The translations under genes were made by a program, and so were the position numbers. This document shows, in pieces, positions 9,454 through 19,243 of a DNA stretch of 64,000 nt. The notes under the pieces were generated by a model that saw only the letters and a program-made list of their open reading frames with translations, was not told where the DNA came from and ran no database searches. This DNA comes from an uncultured Verrucomicrobiae bacterium (GTDB lineage Bacteria; Verrucomicrobiota; Verrucomicrobiia; Chthoniobacterales; JAFAMB01). The stretch is taken from NCBI GenBank assembly GCA_963837955.1, contig CAWIPH010000002.1:1824001-1888000 (forward strand), read 5' to 3'. The stretch's first letter is position 1, and each line of letters opens with the position of its first letter.

Positions 9454-12420
9454 TTAGGTTGCGAATGCAGCCGCGTACTCGTGCCAGATCTGTGGCGTTG
9501 GCAGGACATCTTTAACGCTCGGATCATTGGAGCCATTGCCGTAACTCCGCTCGACTGAAAGTTGGACCGAAGCGCTGAAGAAGAGCACATGCACGGAAAC
9601 AGTCAGCGTCGCTCGACCGGTCACTTTTCCGCTGGCAGTGTCGTAGGTGAGGCTAAGGTTGAAGTCGACCGAGATCGAGATGATCCCAAGCACGTCGACC
9701 TCGCCACCTAAGTCGACGAATCCGCTGAGCGTCGTATCATTGGCGGTGAGCTTGAAATAGATACCCGCCATGATATGGACGCCACCGCTCGCGACGCCAA
9801 GATCGAGCGAGAAGTTGCCGCCAAATTCGAGCTGCCCCTCGATCATGATCGGGCCGGTGGTGTCCACCTCAACGTGAAAGAAACCGCCGCCACCAAGCAG
9901 CTCGACGGTTAAGAGGAACGGGTGATCGCGTTTGGCGAAATAAAAATCAAACTGCGGGGTCCCACTGAAGAATGGGAGTGTCAGGGCGGCGTCAATCAGG
10001 ATGTTCTCAAGGGAAAAGACGCCGATCCCTACGGGCGGGAGCCCGATGGCATAGCCGGCGGTTACACCGGTCAATGTCACGTCGATGTGCGGACCCTCGC
10101 CAAAGCCGTCGCTCGGAATAATGCTGCTCAGCTGGTTTACGAAAGAGAGCGGCCCCTCGAATACGACGGCGGGGCCATTGCTGTTGTCGAGCTGGACTTG
10201 CACGCTCGTTTTCTTGCCGGTGCCAGCCGTGAAAGCGAAAGAACTGACGTTCAACCCGATGATGCCTATCAGGTCGAGTTTGAAGCTCGTCAGGACCCCG
10301 GTCATGTCGAACGTGCCTTGGCTGGCCGGCGCGTTAACGAGCTTCGTTATTTTTCCGTCGATCGTAAGTGACGAGTTCCCATTGTTGTTAACCTTCAGGA
10401 GCGGCGGGACATCAAACACTTGCGGCGTCCAATGCACCGACGTCACGATCTGCTGCGGGTTGCTTGGGCTCGGGAGCGCTTGCGTGGTGATCTTCGGAGC
10501 GTTCGTTCCGGCATCGACAGGCTGGGAGGGGACCGCAGTGAGGAGATCCTTGATCGTAACCGACCCGAACAGCTTCGCGCTCAGGTCGAAAAAGTCGCCT
10601 GGATCCAACAAATTCTGGGCCGCATTCGCGAGCTTACCACCGACCGGGCCGGCGAGTGCCGAAAGTCCGGTGATTGCGAGATTCGGAGTTGCGATCCCAC
10701 CCGCTTTGTCGGCGCTGAATGTCAGGGGAGGCGTTGCAAACGGTGTCAGATCCGCAAAGACGCCGGACGCTTGGTTTAGTCCTTGGTTAACGTAATTGTC
10801 GAACAGCTTGAACGTGGTTGCTGTCGTGATACCGAGCATTTGCTCGACTGCTGGGATCGTGGCCTCTGCTTTGGCCAATGTCGGCAACAAGTTGTATACG
10901 TTATCCGGTCTTCCTTGCACGTCGAAGTGCAGTGCGGTTGTGGTCAACGAGGTATCGTCGGAACCGGGCGCCGTAGGTTCGGCATAGGCGACCTTTTGCG
11001 AGCCGACTTCGCATCGCCGTATGCTGATCCCGCCGTCGGTGGCGGTCTCATACGCGTTTTGTACCTGCGCGAGGGCAGCAGCATTCGAGTCGCTGAACGG
11101 AACGAAGATCAGCGCTCCCGTGAAATCGATTAATCGATCAGTAACATCCGTGGCGACGACGTGAAACTTGAACGGATTTCCTGCGACATAGACCCAGAAG
11201 GAACCGCCCGTACCGCCAATCGGAACAGGTATATTGATGTGCGGTGTCACGATCGTCGTGAAACGAATGCTGCGACGCAACGGCATGGCGCGTCCCGCAT
11301 TGTTGTAGTCCGTATCGGCGAATCTTCTCTCTGGTTGGCGAACAATGACGTACATGTATTGCCTGAGGTATGCGGCCGGTGACCCAAGCGTCGAACCCGA
11401 TTGCACAGTTTGGACTTTGCGTTCGGTGACTTTCACGAGCGACGCGCGATGGCCAAACGGATAGAGCACCCCCTCATAGACGATGCGCACGTAATGATCT
11501 CGGCCCTGCGTCGCGATATGACGCCATTCGCTCACGTCGAGCCGCTGCTGCGGTATGAAAGGGCTGGTCGAAATCGGAGGATCCCACCGGCCGTCTGAGG
11601 TTAGCCAAGCGCCAAGCGTGGAGAGCATGAAGCGGTCCGCGCTAATCGGACTAGGAACAAATGGACCATCTGCTTGCCCAGTGCTTGGATCGACTTTTGA
11701 GTACTCGCTGAACGCGGATGTCAGGATGACGATCTGCGCGCGATCGTTCTCGTTCATCGCGCCCCGGAACGGCGATTCCAGGGTCTTAGGCGGTAGCGGC
11801 TGCGGAAGCGGCGTGTAATCGGGCGACCAGACCGCTCGCAACGCTGTGCCGGCAGGCAATTGCGTGTACCAGAGTTCGGTACGCTGGTTATGGGTAACTG
11901 GGTGTGGCGCATGACTCCATTGCGCCTTCTCGTCGGGCGAGAGAAATAGCCGGTAAGGAAACTCGATTGAGGTCTCCCGCGGGCCGGGCTCGGCGATCGT
12001 CGGATTCTGCGCGTTCGATTGCGCGACCGGAACAACCTGTAGTTGGAACTGCGACCAATCGAGCAAGCCTTCGACCGTAAAAGGAATCGATGCCAGACTT
12101 GTCGGAACCAGGAAGACCAGCCGGGTGGGATGCGTGATTCGCGCACCGACCTGTCCCGGAGCATCGGGAGTCTGCACCGAAGTCGTCTTGTCGGGGTCGT
12201 CCGGCTGGCCCGGTGGGGGTTTGTACGGGAGTCCCTCGAAGTAGGCCTGCTCGAAAACCGATTGCGGCTGAAACTCGTACAAGAGGTAGGCCGGCAAGTT
12301 TGGGTTGGTACGAGTTAGCTTTGGATTTTTTTTGTCGCTCGTGTCGAGCTGAAGATTTTCGGCCGATATGCTTAGCGCGAGGAGATCGCGCGGTCGGTAG
12401 AGTTCGGCAATCAACTGCAT
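9454..12420 (-). CDS. Large hypothetical protein (988 aa) with C-terminal amphipathic beta-strand array
   Basis: Long open frame; AGGAG upstream of ATG; last ~330 aa are alternating polar/hydrophobic strands joined by Gly turns. Confidence 0.9.
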   Translation of the reverse strand: MQLIAELYRPRDLLALSISAENLQLDTSDKKNPKLTRTNPNLPAYLLYEFQPQSVFEQAYFEGLPYKPPPGQPDDPDKTTSVQTPDAPGQVGARITHPTRLVFLVPTSLASIPFTVEGLLDWSQFQLQVVPVAQSNAQNPTIAEPGPRETSIEFPYRLFLSPDEKAQWSHAPHPVTHNQRTELWYTQLPAGTALRAVWSPDYTPLPQPLPPKTLESPFRGAMNENDRAQIVILTSAFSEYSKVDPSTGQADGPFVPSPISADRFMLSTLGAWLTSDGRWDPPISTSPFIPQQRLDVSEWRHIATQGRDHYVRIVYEGVLYPFGHRASLVKVTERKVQTVQSGSTLGSPAAYLRQYMYVIVRQPERRFADTDYNNAGRAMPLRRSIRFTTIVTPHINIPVPIGGTGGSFWVYVAGNPFKFHVVATDVTDRLIDFTGALIFVPFSDSNAAALAQVQNAYETATDGGISIRRCEVGSQKVAYAEPTAPGSDDTSLTTTALHFDVQGRPDNVYNLLPTLAKAEATIPAVEQMLGITTATTFKLFDNYVNQGLNQASGVFADLTPFATPPLTFSADKAGGIATPNLAITGLSALAGPVGGKLANAAQNLLDPGDFFDLSAKLFGSVTIKDLLTAVPSQPVDAGTNAPKITTQALPSPSNPQQIVTSVHWTPQVFDVPPLLKVNNNGNSSLTIDGKITKLVNAPASQGTFDMTGVLTSFKLDLIGIIGLNVSSFAFTAGTGKKTSVQVQLDNSNGPAVVFEGPLSFVNQLSSIIPSDGFGEGPHIDVTLTGVTAGYAIGLPPVGIGVFSLENILIDAALTLPFFSGTPQFDFYFAKRDHPFLLTVELLGGGGFFHVEVDTTGPIMIEGQLEFGGNFSLDLGVASGGVHIMAGIYFKLTANDTTLSGFVDLGGEVDVLGIISISVDFNLSLTYDTASGKVTGRATLTVSVHVLFFSASVQLSVERSYGNGSNDPSVKDVLPTPQIWHEYAAAFAT

Positions 12421-12640
12421 GCGGTCGAACTCCTAGGGTGCGCCGTTGTGGGCATAATAAACATCTCCCAAGTAATTGGCTCTAGCCCTGTCGCGGATCC
12501 GCGTCAGCCATAGCAAAACGCTACGTCTTTCGCCAAACTCCGTTCACGGGCAGAGCTTCAGGATCGCAAAAATAGCGACGAGTGGACGCAGCGTCTATAC
12601 GCACAATGACGTATGAGCGGGGGGCGGAGGGGGGAAGGTA

Positions 12641-12880
12641 GAATCTAGAATTTAGAATTTAGAATTTAGAATCGGAACCTGGGTAGGCTTGTCGGGCCCT
12701 CGATTCCGCCATAGCTGACACTCGGTGACCGGCGTTTACCCAGTTCAGCTCGGCGAAGCCGGGAACAAGGGCTTTGACAGAGACCTGCTGAGGTCCCTCT
12801 AAAGTCTGAATTCTGAAAATTCTAGATTCTAGCTTCTGGCCTCTGGGCATTTGCTATTTGTCATTTGTCATCTGTCATTT
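12641..12880. repeat. Composite intergenic repeat with heptamer tandems (TAGAATT)n, inverted (AATTCTR)n and (GTCATTT)n
   Basis: gaatctagaatttagaatttagaatttagaat ... ctgaattctgaaaattctagattctagc ... tttgtcatttgtcatctgtcattt; related copy at ~15097-15245. Confidence 0.75.
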
Positions 12881-12888
12881 CAGATCTA

Positions 12889-14271
12889 ATGAGCAAGGCA
12901 CTCTTTGATCTGATTGTTTTCGGTGGCGGCAATGCGATTTCAACAGCCATCGACTGCGGCAAGGCCGGAATGAAAGTCGCGCTGGTCGAGCGGGGACCAC
13001 TCGGAGGAACCTGCCCTCACCGGGGATGTATTCCCTCGAAATTATTGATCGGGTATGCGGATGCTGCTGACTCCGTACGCGATGCACGCAAATTCGGATT
13101 CGACACCACGATCAACTTGCGAGACCCAGACAAGATTTTAACTGACACGTTGGAGTTCACCCAAAAGTACGACTCCATCCTGGAGAAGGCGCTCGGCGAA
13201 AATGTGACACTGTTTCGCGGCACGGGCGCTTTTACCGGTAACTATTCTTTGTCCGTCAACGACAAGGAGATCTCGGCCGACAAAGTCGTCCTCGCGACCG
13301 GCAGCCGTCCCAGACGCCCAAACTTTAAGGCGCCATATTGGACGAGCGACGACGTCTTCACCCTGAAAAAGATGCCCAAATCCATCACGATCGTTGGTGG
13401 CGGCTATATCGCTTGCGAGTTGGGTCATTTTTTTTCAGGGGTGGGTGTTGAGACATTGCAAGTGGTTCGCGGGAAGAAGTTGCTGGAACGCGAAGATTGG
13501 GAGACTCAGACGCTCTTTCAGCGTGGCTATACGGCTCAGGTGGAGGTGCGATTCGAAACGGAGGTCGCGGCGACGAAGCACGATGGGTCAAAGTTTTATG
13601 TCGAGTTAACCGGCGTGGACGGTAAGCCATTTGAGCGGGTCAGCGAAGCCTTGCTATTCTGTATCGGGCGGGTCCCCAACACCGATCAGATCGGTTTGGA
13701 AAATACCGACTTGCGACCGAACACTCGCGGTTTTATCGAAACCGATGATCGGCTGCGCACGTCGGTTCCCAATATTTGGGCAATGGGTGACATCGGTGGC
13801 CGGTTTATGTACACACACGCGGCGAACTTCGAGAGCGAATATCTGGCTAAGCAGATTGGCGACGGGTGCGAAGATCCGATAGACTACGGGCCGATGCCGC
13901 ACGCGGTGTTTACCTCGCCCGAGACCGCCGGAGTTGGTAAGACCGAAGACGAACTGAAGGCGGAGGGGAGCCCTTACTTTTCTGCTGCCGTGCCGTATTC
14001 CAATACGACGAAGGGTAGGGCGATAAAGGAAGAATATGGGCTCTGCAAGCTGTTGATCACGCCCGATCGTCAGATCCTGGGATGCCATATCGTTGGCCAT
14101 CAAGCATCCGTGCTTGTCCATACTGTTCTTCCGGTGATGAAATGGCGCAACGATATTCAGTCATTAGTCGATCTCATTTATATCCATCCCGCGTTGGCAG
14201 AAGTTATCCGAGGAGCTGCCCGAAAGGTCGCCGGCATGTTGCCGAGCGCCTGTCGTGACATGGTCTCTTGA
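12889..14271 (+). CDS. Class I pyridine nucleotide-disulfide oxidoreductase (dihydrolipoamide dehydrogenase/mycothione reductase-like)
   Basis: GGTCPHRGCIPSK redox disulfide, ATGSRP, GGGYIACE, MGD, C-terminal HPALAE dyad; ATG 12889 preferred because the longer ORF start lies in heptamer repeats. Confidence 0.88.
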   Translation: MSKALFDLIVFGGGNAISTAIDCGKAGMKVALVERGPLGGTCPHRGCIPSKLLIGYADAADSVRDARKFGFDTTINLRDPDKILTDTLEFTQKYDSILEKALGENVTLFRGTGAFTGNYSLSVNDKEISADKVVLATGSRPRRPNFKAPYWTSDDVFTLKKMPKSITIVGGGYIACELGHFFSGVGVETLQVVRGKKLLEREDWETQTLFQRGYTAQVEVRFETEVAATKHDGSKFYVELTGVDGKPFERVSEALLFCIGRVPNTDQIGLENTDLRPNTRGFIETDDRLRTSVPNIWAMGDIGGRFMYTHAANFESEYLAKQIGDGCEDPIDYGPMPHAVFTSPETAGVGKTEDELKAEGSPYFSAAVPYSNTTKGRAIKEEYGLCKLLITPDRQILGCHIVGHQASVLVHTVLPVMKWRNDIQSLVDLIYIHPALAEVIRGAARKVAGMLPSACRDMVS

Positions 14272-14369
14272 AGGCAAATACCAAATCGTTCGCGATGGGG
14301 GCGTGGCGTCTCATTTGTAATTCCGCGATTCCCGTTTGTCATTTGTCATATGTCATTTGTTATTTAGGC

Positions 14370-15077
14370 GTGCGCCGGCCTAAATACCCATCTCGAGGTC
14401 ACGTTGTTTGCATCAGTCTATTTCTCTTTCTCTCGCGTGGGATCGCATTCGGAAAGGATTCTGAGCCGCCCAGGGAACCGCTTCAGCCAGAGAAGGCGTT
14501 CTCATTACTTCTGGCGAACGCCGAAAAAATTGCTGAGACCGAGTTCGGGAAGTACCAGGCTAATCCTCGCAAAATAAAGGCCCTTTCGGAGTTCATCAGC
14601 GAATTGCAATCCATTGCTCAAGGAAAGGACATACCTCAGTTCTATCGATTGCAGCTCACCGCTGATGCTTGGGAACTGGGAATCGTCGCCAAAGCCGTTT
14701 TTGGAAGAGTGCCCGTGGAAGTGACTCGATGGACGGACCAATTGGATGAAGTGGGCTGGGATCTATCCTCCAAAGCTAATTTCGCTAAGAAAAATTCTGC
14801 AAACCCCTTCGGTAGTGTCACGATCACCGTGGTTACCAAAGCCGGTCAAAGGGAGGTTTCCGGCTACGAAGTTTGGTATTCGCCGAAGGGACTCGACAAA
14901 TACAAGGAGCGGCATGTTTCGTCCGGCAAGCTCAGCAGTCCGACTTCAATTTCCATTCCTCCTGGCAATTATGTCTTTTGGACTGTTAAAGCAGGGAAAC
15001 CAGGTCCGCCTAAGCAGGTGAATGATGTAGGGGTTGACGGGTTAGTGACACGATCGATTGAGCTGGATACGCCGTGA
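14370..15077 (+). CDS. Hypothetical exported protein with C-terminal beta-sandwich-like segment
   Basis: Open frame; likely GTG start after the (GTCATTT) tandem; signal-like VVCISLFLFLSRGIAFG; SSPTSISIPPGNYVFW. Confidence 0.6.
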   Translation: MRRPKYPSRGHVVCISLFLFLSRGIAFGKDSEPPREPLQPEKAFSLLLANAEKIAETEFGKYQANPRKIKALSEFISELQSIAQGKDIPQFYRLQLTADAWELGIVAKAVFGRVPVEVTRWTDQLDEVGWDLSSKANFAKKNSANPFGSVTITVVTKAGQREVSGYEVWYSPKGLDKYKERHVSSGKLSSPTSISIPPGNYVFWTVKAGKPGPPKQVNDVGVDGLVTRSIELDTP

Positions 15078-15096
15078 GAGCGGAAGCATGAGGCCG

Positions 15097-15245
15097 GAAT
15101 CTAGAATTTAGAATTTGGAAGGGGAGCCTGGGACTATCCGGACATCGGTAGAGCATGGCGGCCCGGGCCGCCGACCTGTCCGCTGTAGCTGACAATCTCC
15201 TGCTGCCTGTTCACTCGTCCTCTTGGCGAACGCGGAATCGGGATC
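15097..15245. repeat. Second copy of the TAGAATT composite repeat
   Basis: gaatctagaatttagaattt, tccgctgtagctgaca and cttggcgaacgcggaa match motifs at 12641-12765 in the same order. Confidence 0.6.
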
Positions 15246-15670
15246 TGACTAAGCCCTGTTAGGCAAGGGAGCGGCTTCTCGTTCACGGCTGAGCGATTTC
15301 TTTGCAATTCGTTGAAACGCCGCCGTCATCTCAACCGAAAGATTAACTAACGGCGATAAGCTAGGAAGAGTAGGAACAAATCGGTAATGTCTGTCGTCGG
15401 TTGTCGAATGAAGATTGACTTCTTCTCACGGCTTGTGATGCAATCAACTAGTCCTGAAGCGCCGAAGGCGGTCTCTATCGAAGTTCTTTCGGCGAATCTT
15501 TGGCAAGTCCCCAGATACATCAATTTAGCATCAAAATGAACCCGGCGTTATGCGCCACTTCGGGCAGATCGGGTGTGAGGATTGGATGACATGGTCAATA
15601 CGTCACTACCGCTATTGGAGTCGCCTCTTTTGAGAGCATCTAGAGCGGAACGGCAACTTCATTTCAGACA

Positions 15671-18600
15671 ATGAGCGAATTGTCCAAACAAACACGTTTG
15701 GAGGATTTAATCACCAGGTGCCGAAAGACAATCGACTTAGGCACCGCTGATGCCGGCATTTACAATGAGTGGGGTTACGCGCTGCTTGGACTCGCCAAAC
15801 CTCAGGAAGCGATCGTGCAGTTCGAGCAAGCAATCAAAAAGAAGCCAGACTACCTGTTTGCTCACTATAACTGGGGTATCGCCCTGGCTCGGCTGGGAAA
15901 GCACGAGGAATCAATCGCCAAATACAAAGAGGCGATCGCGATCGACCCCGACTACGCCGACGCGTACAACGCCTGGGGCAACGCACTGCTGGAGCTTGGC
16001 AAACCGCGAGAAGCGCTCACGCAGTTCGAGCAAGCGATCAAAAAGAAGCCAGACTACCTGTTTCCCCACTATGGTTGGGGTCTGGCCTTGGGGCGGCTGG
16101 GAAAGCATGAGGAAGCGATCGTAAAATACAAAGAAGCGATCGCGATCGACACCGACTATGCCGACGCTTATAGCCAATGGGGCAGAGCGCTGTTAGATCT
16201 CAACAGACCGCAAGAAGCGATCGAGCAGTTTGAGCAAGCAATCAAGAGAACCCCAGACCACCTACTTGCCTACTATAACTGGGGTCTTGCCCTGGGACAG
16301 CTGGGAAAGCATGAGGAAGCGATCGCAAAATTCGAAAAAGCGATCAGCATCGACAGCAATTTTGCCGACTCTTACAATCAGTTGGGTAAAGCGCTGGTAG
16401 ATAGCAAAAGACCGCAGGAAGCGATTGCGCAATTTCAGCAAGCAATCCAAAAAAAGCCAGACCACCTTCTTGCCCGCTACAACTGGGGTATCGCTCTGGC
16501 GCGGCTGGGAAAGCCGGAAGAGGCAATCGCCAAATACAAAGAGGCGATCGACATCGACCCCAAATTTGCCGACGCTTACCACGCCTGGGGCAGCGCGCTT
16601 TTAGATCTCGGCAAACCGCAGGAAGCGATCGCGCAGTTCGAGCAAGCAATCCAAAAAAAGCCAGGTCACCTGTCTGCCCGCTATAACTGGGGTATTGCCC
16701 TCGCGCGGCTAGGAAAACAGGAAGAAGCAATCGCCAAATACAAAGAAGCGATCCGCCTCAATAACAATTACGCCAGCGCCTATAACGCCTGGGGCAAAGT
16801 GCTACTAGACCTCGGTCAGCCCCGGGAAGCGGTTGGGAAGTTCGAGGAAGCGATACAAAAGGAAAAGAACCACCTCTATGCTCACTACAACTGGGGTCTT
16901 GCTCTTGGCCGGCTGGGAAAACCAGAGGAGGCGATCGCCAAGTACCAGGAAGCAATCGGCATCGACCCTAATTATGCTGATGCCTACAACGCCTGGGGCA
17001 ATGCGCTGCTGGATTTCGGCCGGCCTCAAGAAGCGATTGAGAAGTACCGGCAAGCGATCGACCTGGCTAAAGAACCGCATGTTTACGCGCACCGCAATTT
17101 AGGTATCGCTCTGGCCCGGCTGGGAAAGCAGGAAGGCGCAATCGCCAAATACAAAGAGGCAGTCGGCCTTAACGGCAACTATGCTGACGCTTACAACGAT
17201 TGGGGCAACGCGCTGCTAGATCTCGGCCGGTCTGCCGAAGCGATCGAGCAGTATAAGCAAGCCATTGCCGCGTACGAGCGAGCAACAAATAAACAGGGAG
17301 AATATGCCTACGCCTACTACAACTGGGGACGCGCAGTCGGCCGAACGGGAGGCGCGATCAACGGTGATGAGCTCGAAGAGACCCTTAGCGGCGATTCCGG
17401 TAAGATGGCTGCCGAGCTTTACCGAGGACTAGGCAGCGAACTGGTCGAGCAAAAGCGCTACGATGAAGCCGTTAATTGGTATGGCCGGGCCGTGGAGAAG
17501 CAACCCGAAAATGTCGCGGCCCTTTTCGCTTGGGGAGTGGCGCTGAGTAACTTGCAACGCCATCAAGAGGCGCTCGACCGATATGGCGAAGCCGCCCGAT
17601 ACGATCCCTATCATGCGTATTCTTTGAACAACCGGGCGGATATTCTCAGGCTCCAGGGGCGTTTCCCGGAGAGCATGGAGGAATGGCAGAAAGCAAAAAC
17701 GGCGTATGAGCATGTGAGTCGGACATATGGTGAGACGTCGCGACAGGCAGACTTCCACTACTATTATGGAGCGATGTTGCACGAGATCTTCGGCGAGCTT
17801 GATGAGGCCGAGGAAAGACTCCTCGACGGGCTGCGACGCGATCCCTCTCACGAAGGTTGCTTGCACCAGCTCACAATGCTGTACCTAGAAAAAAAGGACA
17901 TTTTTGCGACCGGTTTTTGGCGGCGTCTTGCTCATGATGATGTGCTGGCCGAAGACCGGGTCCGATTCTACTGGCAGGCCCAGGAGTATTATCGCAAGGC
18001 TAAGACCATACTCTCGGCTGGCAGGTTAGGAGGCCAACCAGAAGCGCGCAATCTTCAACTACTGGTCAAACTGCACTTTGCTATGGAGGATTCTTCGGCA
18101 GCCGAAGAAGCCGTCAGGGAATTAGAAAAATTAGAGCCAGACTCTTCCGCTACGCTTTCCTTTCGCGGTAGATTGTGGCTACAGAAAGAGCGTTTCAAGA
18201 AAGCGGTAGAATGTTTCGAGGCGGCGGCATGCCGGGATCCCGATTTCTTGGTGAGTCAGGCGAACTTGGCGGAGGCATACCGCAAGGCTGGACAGCTCGA
18301 TAAAGCGGAGGCGATTTTTAGTAAAAATCTCAGCGTCTCCTGGCGCCACGTGGAATCGCACTTCGGGCTTGGCAATGTGTACATCGAAATGGGGGAAGCC
18401 GGCGAAGCGGACCTATTTGAGCAAGCGATCAGCCACCTGACTTCTGGGATAAACCTCCTGAAGGATGGTTCCTGCTCGAAACGCTTGAATAAGAAGGTGC
18501 TGGCAGAGGCGCTTTATTTGCGTGGCTATGCCAAGGTTAAATGCCATGAGGCACCTAAGACACATCGTGATTTCAGGTACCTGCGTGAGGCGCGACGAGA

Positions 18601-19027
18601 CTTTAAGAGCTGCTACGCCGAATATGATCCCGATTACCACAAGGCGAGGCGAGCGGAAGAAAAATTGAACACCAGGTTCAAAGGGTTTCAGCCGCAGACC
18701 AAGATGGAAAAGTGGGGACCGTTTCTTGTGTTTCTGCTTTCGCTTTTAGTGTTCGTCGCGGCTCAGGCATTGTTCTTCTTGCCACTCTTCCATCTATGGG
18801 AAATCAAATCACCGCTGGAATTCCCTAACTATTGCTTATTAACTTTCGCGGCGCTCCTCTTTATTATTGCGGGACTCTATTTGCCCCAAATCCTGAAACT
18901 GAAAGTTGGAGTAATCCAACTCGAGAAAAACTCGATCGACCAAATCTCCAGCGGACCCATCACCATCGAACCGCTGGTCAGGTCATCCACCGGATCGTCA
19001 TCGGGCCGTTCGCAATCGAGTATCTGA
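15671..19027 (+). CDS. Tetratricopeptide repeat protein with two C-terminal transmembrane helices
   Basis: ~15 highly similar TPRs alternating A/B (68-aa, 204-bp unit), further divergent TPRs, two hydrophobic helices near the C-terminus. Confidence 0.92.
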   Translation: MSELSKQTRLEDLITRCRKTIDLGTADAGIYNEWGYALLGLAKPQEAIVQFEQAIKKKPDYLFAHYNWGIALARLGKHEESIAKYKEAIAIDPDYADAYNAWGNALLELGKPREALTQFEQAIKKKPDYLFPHYGWGLALGRLGKHEEAIVKYKEAIAIDTDYADAYSQWGRALLDLNRPQEAIEQFEQAIKRTPDHLLAYYNWGLALGQLGKHEEAIAKFEKAISIDSNFADSYNQLGKALVDSKRPQEAIAQFQQAIQKKPDHLLARYNWGIALARLGKPEEAIAKYKEAIDIDPKFADAYHAWGSALLDLGKPQEAIAQFEQAIQKKPGHLSARYNWGIALARLGKQEEAIAKYKEAIRLNNNYASAYNAWGKVLLDLGQPREAVGKFEEAIQKEKNHLYAHYNWGLALGRLGKPEEAIAKYQEAIGIDPNYADAYNAWGNALLDFGRPQEAIEKYRQAIDLAKEPHVYAHRNLGIALARLGKQEGAIAKYKEAVGLNGNYADAYNDWGNALLDLGRSAEAIEQYKQAIAAYERATNKQGEYAYAYYNWGRAVGRTGGAINGDELEETLSGDSGKMAAELYRGLGSELVEQKRYDEAVNWYGRAVEKQPENVAALFAWGVALSNLQRHQEALDRYGEAARYDPYHAYSLNNRADILRLQGRFPESMEEWQKAKTAYEHVSRTYGETSRQADFHYYYGAMLHEIFGELDEAEERLLDGLRRDPSHEGCLHQLTMLYLEKKDIFATGFWRRLAHDDVLAEDRVRFYWQAQEYYRKAKTILSAGRLGGQPEARNLQLLVKLHFAMEDSSAAEEAVRELEKLEPDSSATLSFRGRLWLQKERFKKAVECFEAAACRDPDFLVSQANLAEAYRKAGQLDKAEAIFSKNLSVSWRHVESHFGLGNVYIEMGEAGEADLFEQAISHLTSGINLLKDGSCSKRLNKKVLAEALYLRGYAKVKCHEAPKTHRDFRYLREARRDFKSCYAEYDPDYHKARRAEEKLNTRFKGFQPQTKMEKWGPFLVFLLSLLVFVAAQALFFLPLFHLWEIKSPLEFPNYCLLTFAALLFIIAGLYLPQILKLKVGVIQLEKNSIDQISSGPITIEPLVRSSTGSSSGRSQSSI

Positions 19028-19243
19028 GGAAGACAGGCGGAATTCAGAATTCAGAAGAGGAACGGAGATTATCTCAATGCGGAAAGCGAATAGGAGAGTT
19101 CCAAATACGTAAGATTACGTATTTACGTCGGACTCAATGATCAATTGAATGTGACCAGCAGTGGCGTCTGGGCGCAGGTTACAGTTATTCGGATTCGAGA
19201 CTGTCACAAAGTTATGGGCAGAATCAAGAATAGAAGAAGTACG

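Noticed and set aside
15746..17340. TPR DNA repeats as a CRISPR array or DGR template/variable repeats
   Set aside because: The repeats are in-frame coding units without unique spacers; no cas or reverse transcriptase gene is present; variation is not adenine-specific
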